A program made the translations under genes and the position numbers. Positions 49,300-60,027 of a stretch of DNA of 64,000 nucleotides are shown here, in pieces. The first letter of the stretch is position 1, and every line of letters begins with the position of its first letter. The stretch is from an uncultured Candidatus Entotheonella sp. (GTDB lineage: Bacteria > Tectomicrobia > Entotheonellia > Entotheonellales > Entotheonellaceae). The DNA lies in assembly GCA_965217185.1 (NCBI GenBank), contig OZ244252.1, forward strand, positions 3,872,001 to 3,936,000, in the 5' to 3' direction. Under the pieces are notes generated by a model, which was not told where the DNA came from, made no database searches, and saw only the letters and a list, made by a program, of their open reading frames with translations.

Positions 49300-49500
49300 A
49301 TGGCGCTGGAGATGAGAACGGTGTGCGAGAGGTGTCACGCGCCGCTGACGCACGTGTCGGAGGCGTTCATTTGTTCCTACGAGTGCACCTTCTGCCCGAG
49401 GTGCACGGCCTCGATGGATGCCACCTGCCCCAATTGCAGTGGCGAGTTGGCCAGGCGCCCGATCCGACGGCCCGATCGCGAGGCCACGGGCGTCCGTTAA
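49300..49500 (+). CDS. DUF1272 zinc-binding protein
   Basis: LEMRTVCERC..ICSYECTFC..CPNCSGEL..RP motif. Confidence 0.9.
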   Translation: MALEMRTVCERCHAPLTHVSEAFICSYECTFCPRCTASMDATCPNCSGELARRPIRRPDREATGVR

Positions 49501-49647
49501 TCAGCTAATCAGCGGCAACTAAATTCTCAAAAGTTCATTCTGGATGCCCTGGGGCATTCCTGTTTGTGAGGGAATCCTGCGGCCATGTTCCGATATGGCG
49601 GGTTATGTCACCTTGGCCCCTTTGACGCCCCGGAACAGCCCAAGGGT

Positions 49648-50010
49648 TCAAAAGGGCAGGGGCAATTCTGTCAACGGCCCTGCGGCCGCCTCCGGCGGTT
49701 CCGCCACCGCTCGGAGTTTCTTGAGGCGAAACGCGCAAATCTCCTCGACCTGCTGCGCCACCGGAGAGAAGCGGCGGCTGAGGGGCAGGTGGTCCAGCCA
49801 CACCTGATACGCCGCCTGCAGGTCGATCAGGGTCTGAACGGCGTCGTTCCATTGCTGCTGCCGAGACCTGCGACCGCGCGGACGTCGATTCTGGCGCTCC
49901 GCCTTCTGTTGTTGCTGCGTCCCGGCCGGTTTCGGTCACCCGACGGCACCCGAAACCATCCCTGGCAGCCACGGGCCGGCGGTGTCGGTCTTGCCCTGGT
50001 CCTTTGCCAT
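49648..50010 (-). pseudogene. Hypothetical protein with an in-frame TGA at 49936-38
   Basis: MAKDQGK..VG*PKP..RSRQQQWNDAVQTLIDLQAAYQVWLDHLP..EPP, with a GAGG RBS. Missing from the ORF track. Confidence 0.55.
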
Positions 50011-50064
50011 GCCTCGGTTTCCCCTACTGATTCCCAGCTTCCGAACAGAACAGGAAAGACGCTG

Positions 50065-50385
50065 TCAACCTGCGGTCTTTCGGACGGGCTCGTAGCGCTG
50101 CACGGTGATATCGTCCGCACGGGCGCGCATCCGACAGGCATCGTGCCACGCCTGCATCCGTAGCAGCATCTCCATGTTCACGTCAAAGGCTTTCTCGATG
50201 CGCAGGGCCATCTTCGCTGTCAACGCCGTGTTGCCGTTGAGCAAGTCCGAAAGCGTCGCCCGGCGGACGCCCAGAATCCTGGCGGTCTTCGTCACGTTCA
50301 GACTCAACTCCTCGATCACTTCTTTGCGGATGAAGTCGCCGGGATGCGAAGGGGTCATGTTGACCTTGATGCCGCCAGTGCTCAT
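50065..50385 (-). CDS. higA: HigA antitoxin
   Basis: HPGDFI..HTH..MALRIEKAF..LLRMQ motif. Confidence 0.92.
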   Translation of the reverse strand: MSTGGIKVNMTPSHPGDFIRKEVIEELSLNVTKTARILGVRRATLSDLLNGNTALTAKMALRIEKAFDVNMEMLLRMQAWHDACRMRARADDITVQRYEPVRKTAG

Positions 50386-50675
50386 CAGTGGTAGTCCTCC
50401 AGGTTCAGACGGCTGATCCGGCCATCACTTTCCTCGAACGTGATGCGCCAATTATCGGATACCGAAACACTCCATTCGTTACGCCGGTCGCCCGAAAGTC
50501 GATGGACGCGCCAGCCGGGCGGCGCCTGGGCAATAAACCCGTCAATGTGCTCGGCCAGGATCAGCACCGTCAGGATATTGCGCACCCTGCCGACCAGATC
50601 CTGCGACAGGAATCGAGAGTTATCGTCTTCAAGAAGTTGGCGTAGTCCCCGGTGGCGGACGGAGTGAATGATCAT
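50385..50675 (-). CDS. higB: HigB (RelE-like) toxin
   Basis: SVRHRGL, HRLSGDR, WSVSVSDNWRITF and LEDYH motifs. Confidence 0.92.
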   Translation of the reverse strand: MIIHSVRHRGLRQLLEDDNSRFLSQDLVGRVRNILTVLILAEHIDGFIAQAPPGWRVHRLSGDRRNEWSVSVSDNWRITFEESDGRISRLNLEDYH

Positions 50676-50760
50676 GCCGCCCACTGTACGGTTTCAGCGT
50701 TCACCCAACAAGTGTTTTTTCAGCTGCGGCTACCCCATCGCAACTTCGCGTAACCCCGTC

Positions 50761-51217
50761 TTATGTCAACTTTCGAAGGGCACCACGGGTCAGTTTCGGA
50801 ACGGCATAACGTATTTTTCCCAAGTATTCGCGTGCAAGCTCCTGCGCGCGAACTCGTTCTTCGCGGGTCATGGACCCAGCGACATGCTCCTTGTCTTCCT
50901 TGGCAAGTTCGTTGCCCTGAGCGGCAGCGATGTTGAACCAAGCGTAGGCTTGCACATCGTCTTCTGGCACGCCCCTGCCATTGTCGTACATGGCGCCTAG
51001 GCTCTTTTACGCCAATGCGTTGCCTTGTTCGGCTGCCTTGCGATACCATTTCACGGCCTCGATATCGTCTTCCGGCACGCCCTCGCCGTTGTTATACATG
51101 ACGCCCAAATTGAATTGCGCATCGGCGTGACCCCGTTCGGCGGCCTTGCGAAGCCATTTTGCGGCCTCGGTATTGTCCTGCTGCACATCTCTGCCAGTGG
51201 CATACATGACACCTAAG
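50761..51217 (-). pseudogene. Sel1-repeat protein, 5'-truncated by an IS, with an in-frame stop
   Basis: LGVMY..G.GV..D..EA.KW.RKAAE.G repeats. TAA at 51007-09. The frame runs into the IS end. Confidence 0.88.
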
Positions 51218-51369
51218 CTCGACTTTGTACAAAATGAGGAGGGCTCCAGGGACATCGCTGCCGTATTGTAGGATGGTAGGTTCCACGCAACCATCTTGCA
51301 GTGAGGTCAGCAATGCTCCCTTCAGCACGCCCTGGCACACCCTCCTGGCGCCCTTTCAAAGTCTCTTTA

Positions 51370-52521
51370 GGGCACCTCGAAAAATGCCTCACGGATGGTC
51401 AAAGATGACAGGATTGGCCATTCGCACCGTTTCGGTGGGAAAATAAACTCGGCTTTCCGGGGCATTTCGTCTCCCGGCAACGGGGATTTGCCTGTCAAAG
51501 AGGACATCCGGTACACCCCTCGCACCGCTTACGCTCAACCCACCGTCCCAAGACGCTGCAACCCAACCAGGCGCCGCATGTTGTAGGCGAGATTCTTGAG
51601 CCCGATGCGCGCCGTCGCCCGTACAAGCCCGATGCTGCGAACCAACGTCCCGCCCATGTCGTTGTGCTGTGCCCCGAAGACATGCTCTACCCGGACCCGA
51701 AACCGTGAACGACTTCTGTTGCCGGCCTTCTCCCAATCACGCAATGGACGGTTACGACAAGCCTTGCGATGGATCCGACTCGTCAAACCCTTTCCCTTGA
51801 TCTTCTCCTCAATGTCTTTCGACCGGTAGGCGCTGTCCGCCCACACACCGCTTGCCGTGCTTTTTCGTCCACCGCGCATCCGTGTCTTTCTGACGGCGCC
51901 GGGCCGCCTCGTCCGCCCACTCCCTGGGCGTCTCGCCTTGCTTGATCCGGGCGTTGTCAGCACGGCTGTTGCGCTGTTTGGGAACCGCAACAATCGACGC
52001 ATCAATGATCTGGCCGCCCATCGCCCGGTAGCCTTGGGTTTTCAGATAGCCGTCAAAGTCATTGAACAAGGCGTCGATCACACCAGCCTGTGACAACTCT
52101 TCCCGGTACAGCCACACGGTCTTGGCGTCGGGCACTTTGTCTTCAAGGGTCAGACCCAGGAAACGCACAAAGGACAGGCGGTCGCGCATCTGATATTCCA
52201 CCTGATCGTCCGACAGATTGTAGAGGGCGCACAGAACGATGGCTTTGAACATGACGATGGCGTCCCAGGGTTTGCACCCCGCATTGGACTTACGCTTGTC
52301 GGCTGGCTTGCGCCAGACTTTCTCCAGGCGGCTGCGGAACGCTTCCCATGGAACGACGGTATTGATCTTCGCCAAGGGGTCATTCTTGGCATCCAGAGCG
52401 GCGTAACGCTTCTCGACATCGAAAAAGCCCATCTGAGCCATGTTCAACTCCTCCGGCCTTTTGGTTAACGTGTTTGAGTGATTCTAAACCAAGTGGGAGA
52501 CGAGTATTATTAGAGATGCCC
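51370..52521 (-). mobile_element. IS5-family element with an internally deleted transposase
   Basis: IRs gggcacctcga / tagagatgccc with TTTA duplicated. Transposase 51535-52447 has IIDASIV, ADSAY and RVEHVFG, but jumps from RWTKKHGK to GVWADSAY with a frameshift. Confidence 0.9.
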
Positions 52522-52525
52522 TTTA

Positions 52526-53820
52526 GCGCACCAACCTGGCGCAAAGCCCAACGCCTGCTCGTCGGAACCCTGTTGGCCCGCGGACGACGCACCGTCACCG
52601 CCGCCCTGCGACACACGGGGCAGGGCGATACCCCGTCGTTCAGTCTCTACCATCAGGTATTCAATCGTGCTCGCTGGTCCGCTCTCAAAGGCAGTCGCTG
52701 TCTGCTGTCCATGCTGGTGCAGACCTTCGATGCCGCTGGCGGCAGCCTCACGTTCGTCAATGACGAAACGTTGGAGCGACGCTGGGGCCGACGTATCAGC
52801 AAGCGCGGTCATTACCGCGACCCGCTGGCTTCCAGCCGCAAGCGCACCGTCAGCACCAGTGGCCTTCGCTGGATCGTGCTGACCCTGGTTGTCACGCCAC
52901 CCTGGAATAGCCGTTGCTGGGCCTTGCCCATCTTGAGCGTGCCGGCGCCAACGCCACAAGTCAGTGAGCGCCTGGGGCTGAGACACAAGACCGTCGCCCA
53001 GTGGGCACGCCAGATGATTCGGGTGGTACGCCGTTGGTTGCCGCAAGTCGCCATCACCGTGCTTGGGGATCAATCCTATAGTGTCGTCGAACTCGGGCAT
53101 GCCTGCCGGCAGTGTGAGGTGCGCCTGATTGCCCCCTTGCGCCTCGATGCGGTTCTCCATGAAGCGCCGCCGCCTCGCCAGCCGGGCACACGGGGGCGAC
53201 CCCGTCGCAAGGGCAAGCGATTACCCAGCTTGGTCGAGCGCCTGCGCGATGCGGCAACCCCTTGGCAGTCTCTGCGTGTGCGCTGGTACGATGGCCGCGT
53301 GCGACGCTTGCAAATCAGTAGCGGGACTGCCCTGTGGTACCGCAGCGGCCAGCCAGTGCTGCCGCTCCGGTGGGTCCTGGTACGTCCCTGTGACGCTCAG
53401 CACCCGCCACGGGCCTTCTTCTCGACGTGTCCCGGTGACCGGGCAGGCGATGTCGTGGCGTGTTTCATCAAGCGCTGGAGCATTGAGACGACCTTCGAAG
53501 AGAGCCGTGCCCACTTGGGCTTTGAGACCCAGCGTCAGTGGTCTGACTTGGCGATTGAACGGACCACGCCGTGTCTGCTGAGCTTGTATTCGCTGGTGGC
53601 GCTGCTGGCTCATGGCCTGTATCTGGACGGTCGCTTGGCGGTGCGACAGAGTGCTTGGTATGCCAAGGAGCAGGCGACGTTCAGCGACGCTTTGGCAGCG
53701 GTACGGCAGCACCTGTGGAAGGTCGAGTATTTTTCAACATCAACGCCCGATACCGAGTGGGTAGAAATCCCTCGGGTCTATCTGCAGGGCTTGATGCAAT
53801 CGGCCTGTTACACGCACTGA
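52526..53820 (+). pseudogene. IS701-like DDE transposase, main body
   Basis: DETLERRWG, LGDQSY and KRWSIETTFEE motifs. N-terminus separated by IS5. Confidence 0.85.
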
Positions 53821-53846
53821 CTTGACCAAATTCGTACAAAGTCGAG

Positions 53847-55369
53847 CTAAGAACCGTGCTTGCGACTTTTACCGCACACGGCTCAAGCAAGCCAATTAAG
53901 CCTTCACAAGGCCCTTGATTCACAGTCTCGGATGACGCACCAGATTTTGGTGTCCTGGTTCTGTTTGCTCCGGTTTCCCGTGCATCCAACATCTGCCAAG
54001 GATTTGCCATCGTTGCCGTGTTTCAAGGCCGGCTCACCAGTTGCACGTCAGCACCCTTTCGGGTTGGGTATAGGCCCTATCCAGCCGGTTATGTATTCCC
54101 GTTGCCTTTCGGCGGCTGGCCTTCGCTTCTTGCAACCTCCTACTCCCGCTAGGGGGTTGGCCCTTCCTGTCGGGTAAGGAGGTGCCATTGCTGGCGCCCC
54201 CTCCCCTAAGAACCGTGCGGGCGGCTTTCACCGCACACGGCTCAAGCAAACCGGTTACACCTTCTCCTTGCCGTGAGGCCCTATAGATTCGCTGCCTCAG
54301 ATTACGCACCAGCTTCTGGTTGCGACACCAGTTGATGTCGTGCCATGAAGCTGGCGTCTTGGCTCTGTTTACAGCAGTTTCCTGTTGCATCTAACATCCG
54401 CCAAGATAAGTAATCGTTGCGGCGGTCTATGGCCGGTTCACCAGTTGCACGTCAGCACCCTTTCGGGTTGAGCATGAGCCCTATCCAGCAGGTTATGAGT
54501 TCCCCTTGCCTTTCGGCGGCTGGCATTCGCTTCTTGTAACCTCCTGTGCCCGCTGAGGAGTTGACCTTTCCTTACGGTCGGGCTGCTGGTTCAAAGACCA
54601 GACCTCAACGGGGTTGTCCTGTTTCGCATTGTTGAGATACGGGCGACTTAGGCGCCTTCTATACGCCGGGGCCTGTGGTGTGCGTGCATGGAAACCGCAA
54701 TTTCCATTTTCACTGATGACCCATAACTGCCGTATCAACCACTTTTCGGCAGCCTAACCTGACGACGCTTTCACAAAGGTTCACTTTCGTTCGCCATATC
54801 GCCCTTCGCCTTGCCCTGGGTCTGGCAGTGGTTGCCTTACCATTAGGCTTTTTTTCTCAGCTTCACACCCCGCCGTTACCAGCGACGCATGTGGAACCGG
54901 CAATTGGCTTACACACTAGCCAAGATTCCCTCTCAGGAATCACTCAAAAGATGCGACTTCAGGTCGCACCGCGGTCGGGTTACTGGCTTGTAAGGCCAGA
55001 CCCCATCGGGGTTATCCTGTTCCGCGTTCGTGAGATGCGGGCAGCTTAGGTGCCTCCTCTACACCGGGGCAGGTCAGGTGGTGTGCGCGTGGGAGTTCGC
55101 TAATACTCCCTTTCACATGTTGCCCTCACTGTCGTGTCAGTCATAGATTTTGACAGCCTCTCATAACGATGCTTACGGAGATTCACTTTCGTTCACCATA
55201 CTGCTCTTTGCCTCGCCCTGAGCTCGGCTATGACTGCCTTACTCATTAGGCTTTGATCCAGCTTCACACCCCGCCGTTACCAGCGACGCATGTGGAACCG
55301 GCAACCGGCTTGCACACTAACCAGGATTCCGTATTGGAATCACTCACAGAACTCGACTTCAGTTCGCAC
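53847..55369 (-). mobile_element. Group II intron A (outer), RT ORF deleted, domain VI lost
   Basis: 5' GUGCG at 55369. Domain V gagccgtgtgcggtaaaagtcgcaagcacggttc at ~53852-53885, cut by the IS end. Confidence 0.85.
54169..54969 (-). mobile_element. Group II intron B (inner), complete ribozyme ends, RT ORF deleted
   Basis: 5' GUGCG at 54969. DV gagccgtgtgcggtgaaagccgcccgcacggttc and DVI ending ttacccgac at 54169. Only WHDINW..VRNLRQRIYRAS remains of the intron-encoded protein. Confidence 0.9.
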
Positions 55370-55595
55370 TAGCGGCTGAGATTACGAAACGTGGCGTGGC
55401 CGGGAAGCATCAGCACAAGCCCCAGCAGATGGGTAATGAACTTTCGTTGCGGTTTCTTGGTTTGGGGCAAGGTCGCAAGTACACTCTGAAGCAGTCGCAC
55501 GGAGCACCTCCATTCTTGGTTGCGTTGGCTAACACAACTCTAGAATCTGGAGGGCTCGTGCGGCTACCTCTTTGTCAAAACTGTCCGAAGTATTG
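55370..55595 (-). mobile_element. Left end and transposase start of an IS (IS4/IS701-like) interrupted by intron A
   Basis: End sequence caatacttcggacag. GGAGG RBS, then GTG at 55500: RLLQSVLATLPQTKKPQRKFITHLLGLVLMLPGHATFRNLSR. Confidence 0.65.
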
Positions 55596-55687
55596 CTTTA
55601 GGAGTCCTTACGTTACCCATTCCGTAGGAGAGTCGGGACATGGTAAATCTTATAATCAGCCGCCTGTCGAGCACGCTCTGCTTCCTG

Positions 55688-56794
55688 TCAGGGGCTGTGT
55701 TTCGAGGTCGAATGCAGGCGATAGACGTACAGGTTTGAAATCAGGAAGTTGACGATGCCGCCGAGGCCGACACCGCAACAGAACGCCAGCAGCCGGTGAC
55801 GGGCGAAGATGTCGACGTAACTCGTCAAGACCGTGTAGACGCCGACGTTGGCGCCGAGCCCGAGAAGACTGCTGAGCACGAACTTCGCCCATTGCCGTGC
55901 GCGCGGCTGCCCCTGCCGCTCGCTGAAGGTCATGCCGCGATTGAGCCACCAGTTCCAACTGGCCGACGGCCAGAAGGACAGGAACCGCGCCATGCGATGC
56001 TCGAAGCCCACCCCCTACAGGCAGAGGTAGCAATCGACGTCGATCAGGAAGCCGCTGGCACCCACCAGACCAAAGCACGACAGTCGTGCCAAACTCCCGA
56101 ATTTATAGAGGTATAGACGATAGAGGTGGCAAACGAAGTTGACTTGCTGTCGCCAGTTCATCTTGCTCGCCCCCAGGGTCCGGTCGCAGAAGTCGATAGG
56201 GACTTCCTTGACGCGCAACCGCCCGCGCACCATGAGTTCGAGGGCAATCTTGTAGCCGATGGGCCGCAACGTCTGAGGCTCCGGCAGTACGCGGCGGTCG
56301 GTAGCGAAAAACCCGGACATGGGATCGGAGCAATTGACGAGTGGGCGCGCCAAGACTGTCGCCAGGCGAGAATTCAGAAAGCGCCACGGACTCCAGGCCC
56401 GGTCAACGAAACCGCCCGGCGCGTAACGGCTGCCGATAACCAGGTCGCAATCGGTGTCCAGTGCGCTGAGCAGGTCGGGGATGCGATCGGGCGGGTGCGA
56501 CAAGTCGGCGTCCATCACCACCAGCCGGTCGAAACGAGCGAGCCGGATGCCTTCGATCACGGCGAGCGACAGGTCCCGCGGCCGGTCGCGGCGCACTTCC
56601 ATGCGCACCGGCAGACGCCTTGCCAACTCTGCAACGACGGCTTGGCTGCCGTCGTCCGAGTCGTCGTCCACCAGGAGCAGTTCCCACTCGATGCCGCTGC
56701 CGGACAAAGCAGCGTTTATGCGCTCGACGAGGGGCGAAATGTTCGCCGCCTCGCGAAACGTCGGCACCACGATGGATACGGGCTGCGTCATCAC
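55688..56794 (-). pseudogene. GT2 polyprenol-phosphate glycosyltransferase-GtrA fusion with an in-frame TAG
   Basis: VDDDSDDG, MDADLSHPP, DPMSGFF and FGLVGASG motifs. Stop at 56015-17, with the GtrA half continuing in frame. Confidence 0.85.
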
Positions 56795-56856
56795 TCAACA
56801 AGTCCGATGGTGCGTGTTTGCCACAAAGCTACGTCAAGATAGCTGTCTCTGGCATA

Positions 56857-57750
56857 TCAACCATCCCTTCCTGAACAGCCCGGCCTGCGGCTGGCGGCAA
56901 GGCGTTGCAGGCCGCTCAGGACCGCGCCGGGCACGGAGTATCCGGGAGCGAATTCGCCGAGGGTGGGGCCGGCGGGGCGGCCGTGGTAGTCGGAGCCGCC
57001 GGTGGCAACGAGGCGGTGGCGCTCGGCAGCAGCCTCGAAGAACGGAATGGTGCCCGGGTAGTGGGCGCGGTGGTAGACCTCAAGACCGGCGAGGCCGAGG
57101 GATTTGGCATCAGCCAGCAAGGGATACAGTACGTTGGGGTCGTTACTGAGGACGCCGGGGTGGGCCAGGGAGCAGACCCCGCCCGCATCCGCAATCAGCC
57201 GCAATCCTTCTTCCAAAGACAGCAGCGGTTTGGGGGCGTTACAAGGAATGAGAAAATCGCGGAAGGCTTCCTGGTGGCCCTTGCAGTAACCTTGGTCAAC
57301 CAGTGCTTGCGCAAGGTGGGGACGGGTCAGAACCCCGGAGGCGTACTGCTGCACGAGCTCGCCGTCCAGGGGGGCACGGCCGAGATCGCTGAGCTTGCGG
57401 TTGACGCGCTGCAGGATCTCCAGGCCGCGCTGCGTGCGGCCCTTTTTCAGACGCGCCAGGCAGACGTTCAGGGCGGCGTCTCCCGAGTCGAAAAAGTAGC
57501 CCAACAGATGGATGTCGTCGAAGTCCCCATGCTGCACACTGAGTTCGATGCCCGTCAGCACCTCGACTCCGCGAGCCGCACCGGCCATGCGCGCCTCGGG
57601 CAGGGCCGTCAGCGTGTCGTGATCGGTGACCGCCAAGCGCCGCACCCCGTGCCGGGCGGCCTTGACGACCAGTTCGGCGGGCGTATCCAGGCCATCGGAA
57701 TGGTTCGTATGGGTGTGCAAATCCACCCCACTCGACGGTGTGGGCATCAC
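56857..57750 (-). CDS. PHP-domain metal-dependent phosphoesterase
   Basis: DLHTHTNHSDG, TDHDT, LAHP and GGSDYHG motifs. Confidence 0.92.
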   Translation of the reverse strand: MMPTPSSGVDLHTHTNHSDGLDTPAELVVKAARHGVRRLAVTDHDTLTALPEARMAGAARGVEVLTGIELSVQHGDFDDIHLLGYFFDSGDAALNVCLARLKKGRTQRGLEILQRVNRKLSDLGRAPLDGELVQQYASGVLTRPHLAQALVDQGYCKGHQEAFRDFLIPCNAPKPLLSLEEGLRLIADAGGVCSLAHPGVLSNDPNVLYPLLADAKSLGLAGLEVYHRAHYPGTIPFFEAAAERHRLVATGGSDYHGRPAGPTLGEFAPGYSVPGAVLSGLQRLAASRRPGCSGRDG

Positions 57751-57987
57751 GGTTCTCCTTTGCTGCCAAAACGGGCCTTCAGGGGGCACCAAAACACCCG
57801 ATTCCCCGACAAAACAGCGCAGCAACCTACCCCACCCACCGCGCCAACTCAAGCCAAATCGCCGCCAAGCGCCCGTTCCCTGCCCGCCTGCTACGTAGAC
57901 AAGCCACCAAGCCTATGCTAAGGTTTCCGCCACTCATTCCAACCCGCATATTGCCAGTCGGACCACCTACAGGAGGGTCAGCACGCT

Positions 57988-58434
57988 ATGCGCCGACGAA
58001 GATCGCGTGAGGCGGGCTTTACGCTGATCGAGTTGATGATCGTGATCGTCATCCTGGGTCTCCTCGCCGCCATCGTCATGCCGCGCATCGTGGGCGAAAC
58101 CGACAAAGCCCGCTACGGCACCGCCCGCGCCCAGATGCGGGTGCTCGAGGACGCCCTCAAACGCTACAAGCTCGACAGCGGCGTGTTTCCCACCATCGAG
58201 CAAGGCCTTGACGCCCTGGTCATGCGGCCGTCCGCCGGCAACGTCCCTGGGCAGTGGCCCGAAGGCGGTTACCTCGATAAGCAGGAAATTCCTCTCGACC
58301 CCTGGGGCAACCCATACATTTACATATCACCCGGTGTGTACAGCCCGGATTTCGATCTCATATCATTGGCCGCCGACGGCCTCGAAGGCGGTGAGGGTTT
58401 TGATGCCGACATTGAGAGCTGGCGCACGCAGTGA
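57988..58434 (+). CDS. gspG: T2SS major pseudopilin GspG
   Basis: GFTLIELM, YKLDSG.FPT.EQGL and DPWGNPY motifs. Confidence 0.95.
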   Translation: MRRRRSREAGFTLIELMIVIVILGLLAAIVMPRIVGETDKARYGTARAQMRVLEDALKRYKLDSGVFPTIEQGLDALVMRPSAGNVPGQWPEGGYLDKQEIPLDPWGNPYIYISPGVYSPDFDLISLAADGLEGGEGFDADIESWRTQ

Positions 58435-58978
58435 GCGGAGCCTGCCCCCGACTGGATCGGGGGGCTTCACCCTGATCGAGTTGACCATGGTGATCCTCGT
58501 CATCGGCATCGTCGGCGCGCTGGTCCTGCCGCGCTTCGGCGGCCTGCTCGACCGCCAGCAGTTGCGCCGCACCGTCAACGTCGTGCGCGGCATGGTGCGG
58601 CAACTGCACGCCAAAGCTGCCCTCACCAAGCGGGTATACCGCCTCACCTTCGACCTCGACGAACAGCAACTGACCGTCTGCCATCTGCAGAGCCTGTCCC
58701 CGACCGCATTGGAAGACGAGGCGTGCGTGGCGGAATCCTCCCGCGAAATGCGCGGCTACGCCATGCCGGACGCGGTGCAACTCCTCGACGTCGTTTCATC
58801 CGAGGGCAAAAAAGTCCGCGAAGGCACGGCCGCGACGCACTTCCACCCCACCGGTCAGGCCGAGCCGAGCGTCGTTCACCTGCAAACCCCCGACGAGACG
58901 CACGTCACCCTGTTCATCGAGGCGCTGGCCGGGCGCGTGAAGGTCGTGTATGGCTACGTGGAACGCGACAAGGGCTGA
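58403..58978 (+). CDS. gspH: T2SS minor pseudopilin GspH
   Basis: GFTLIEL prepilin motif, FHPTG, and position after gspG. Confidence 0.82.
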   Translation: MPTLRAGARSERSLPPTGSGGFTLIELTMVILVIGIVGALVLPRFGGLLDRQQLRRTVNVVRGMVRQLHAKAALTKRVYRLTFDLDEQQLTVCHLQSLSPTALEDEACVAESSREMRGYAMPDAVQLLDVVSSEGKKVREGTAATHFHPTGQAEPSVVHLQTPDETHVTLFIEALAGRVKVVYGYVERDKG

Positions 58979-59381
58979 CGCCTCCGGGCACGGCGCGGCG
59001 GGCTTCACGCTCCTGGAAGTCCTGGTCGCCGTGGCCATCGTCGGCGTCGCGCTGGTCATGCTGTTGCGGCTCCACCTGCTGTCGCTCGACGCCACCCTGG
59101 CAGCCCAGGACCTGACCACCGCGGTGCTGCTGGCCGAGGGCAAAATGGCCACTTTCATGGCCGAGTCGCCGGACGAGGGAAAGGATGAGGGGCAGTTCGA
59201 CGGGCCGAACCTGGAGCGTTTCCGCTGGACCACCTCGGTGGCCGAGTATGACATCGATCTCGGTGCTCAGAACGACGGCCGGGAGGGAGCCATCGGCATC
59301 CGGCACGTCACGGTGTCGGTGCACTGGCGCGACGGCAATCGCGACCGCTCGTACAGCCTGGAAACGTATGAATCGAAGTAA
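58950..59381 (+). CDS. gspI: T2SS minor pseudopilin GspI
   Basis: GFTLLEVLVAVAI and VTVSVHW motifs. Confidence 0.85.
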   Translation: MATWNATRADASGHGAAGFTLLEVLVAVAIVGVALVMLLRLHLLSLDATLAAQDLTTAVLLAEGKMATFMAESPDEGKDEGQFDGPNLERFRWTTSVAEYDIDLGAQNDGREGAIGIRHVTVSVHWRDGNRDRSYSLETYESK

Positions 59382-60027
59382 GCGCCACACCCATGGCGCG
59401 GGCCCCGCAGGGCCGGCGGGCTTCACGCTGATCGAGCTGCTGCTGGCGCTGTCGCTGTTCGTGATGATCGTCGGCGTGGTGTTCGCGGCCTTCTCCGGCG
59501 TCATGAAGGGGGTGGAGCAGGGCCGCCGCAGCCTGGACACCCATCGCCTCGGACGCACCGCCCTGCTGCGCATGGCCCAGGAAGTCCGCGCCGCTTTGCA
59601 CGACGACGCGTATGCCGGGTTTACGCACGGCGAGAACGCTCGCGAGGGCAACTACGCCCGCGACCGCCTGACGTTCGTCACCGTGCCCTACCGGCCAAGC
59701 GCAGCGCCCGGCAGCGACGTGTGCGAGATCGCCTACTACATTGGCGCCAATGCCCAGGGCACGGCCGCCCTGTACCGCGAGCAGGACTGCACGCCGGACG
59801 GCGAGCCGCTGAACGGCGACACGGTCGAGTTGACGGACGCTGCGGTCGGCCTGGACGTCACGTACTATGACCAAGAAGACGTCCACGACAAATGGCCCGA
59901 CCGCGCTGCGAACCGCATGCCCTGCCTCGTACGCCTGGCGCTGACGCTGCGTGACGAACAGGATACCGAACGCGCCTTCATCACCACCGTGTCGCTTCCC
60001 ATGAGCAAGGGATGCCGCGATGTTTAG
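59368..60027 (+). CDS. gspJ: T2SS minor pseudopilin GspJ
   Basis: GFTLIELLLAL, C-terminal W..P..VRLAL, and gene order. Confidence 0.85.
   Translation: MNRSKRHTHGAGPAGPAGFTLIELLLALSLFVMIVGVVFAAFSGVMKGVEQGRRSLDTHRLGRTALLRMAQEVRAALHDDAYAGFTHGENAREGNYARDRLTFVTVPYRPSAAPGSDVCEIAYYIGANAQGTAALYREQDCTPDGEPLNGDTVELTDAAVGLDVTYYDQEDVHDKWPDRAANRMPCLVRLALTLRDEQDTERAFITTVSLPMSKGCRDV

Larger units (their letters stand above)
51218..53846 (+). mobile_element. IS701-like insertion sequence, interrupted by IS5
   Basis: Terminal IRs ctcgactttgtac / gtacaaagtcgag, with CTAAG on both flanks. The transposase is split into ~51313-51369 and 52526-53820. Confidence 0.85.

Noticed and set aside
49936..49938. In-frame TGA as selenocysteine
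   Set aside because: No redox motif or evident SECIS. A nonsense mutation is the simpler explanation.
53850..55370. Repeated blocks as a CRISPR array, DGR template/variable pair or retron
   Set aside because: The repeats are homologous domains of two group II introns. There is no regular spacer period and no intact RT.
58208..58402. Long N-terminal extension of GspH in the ORF track
   Set aside because: It overlaps gspG. The prepilin motif supports a start at 58403.
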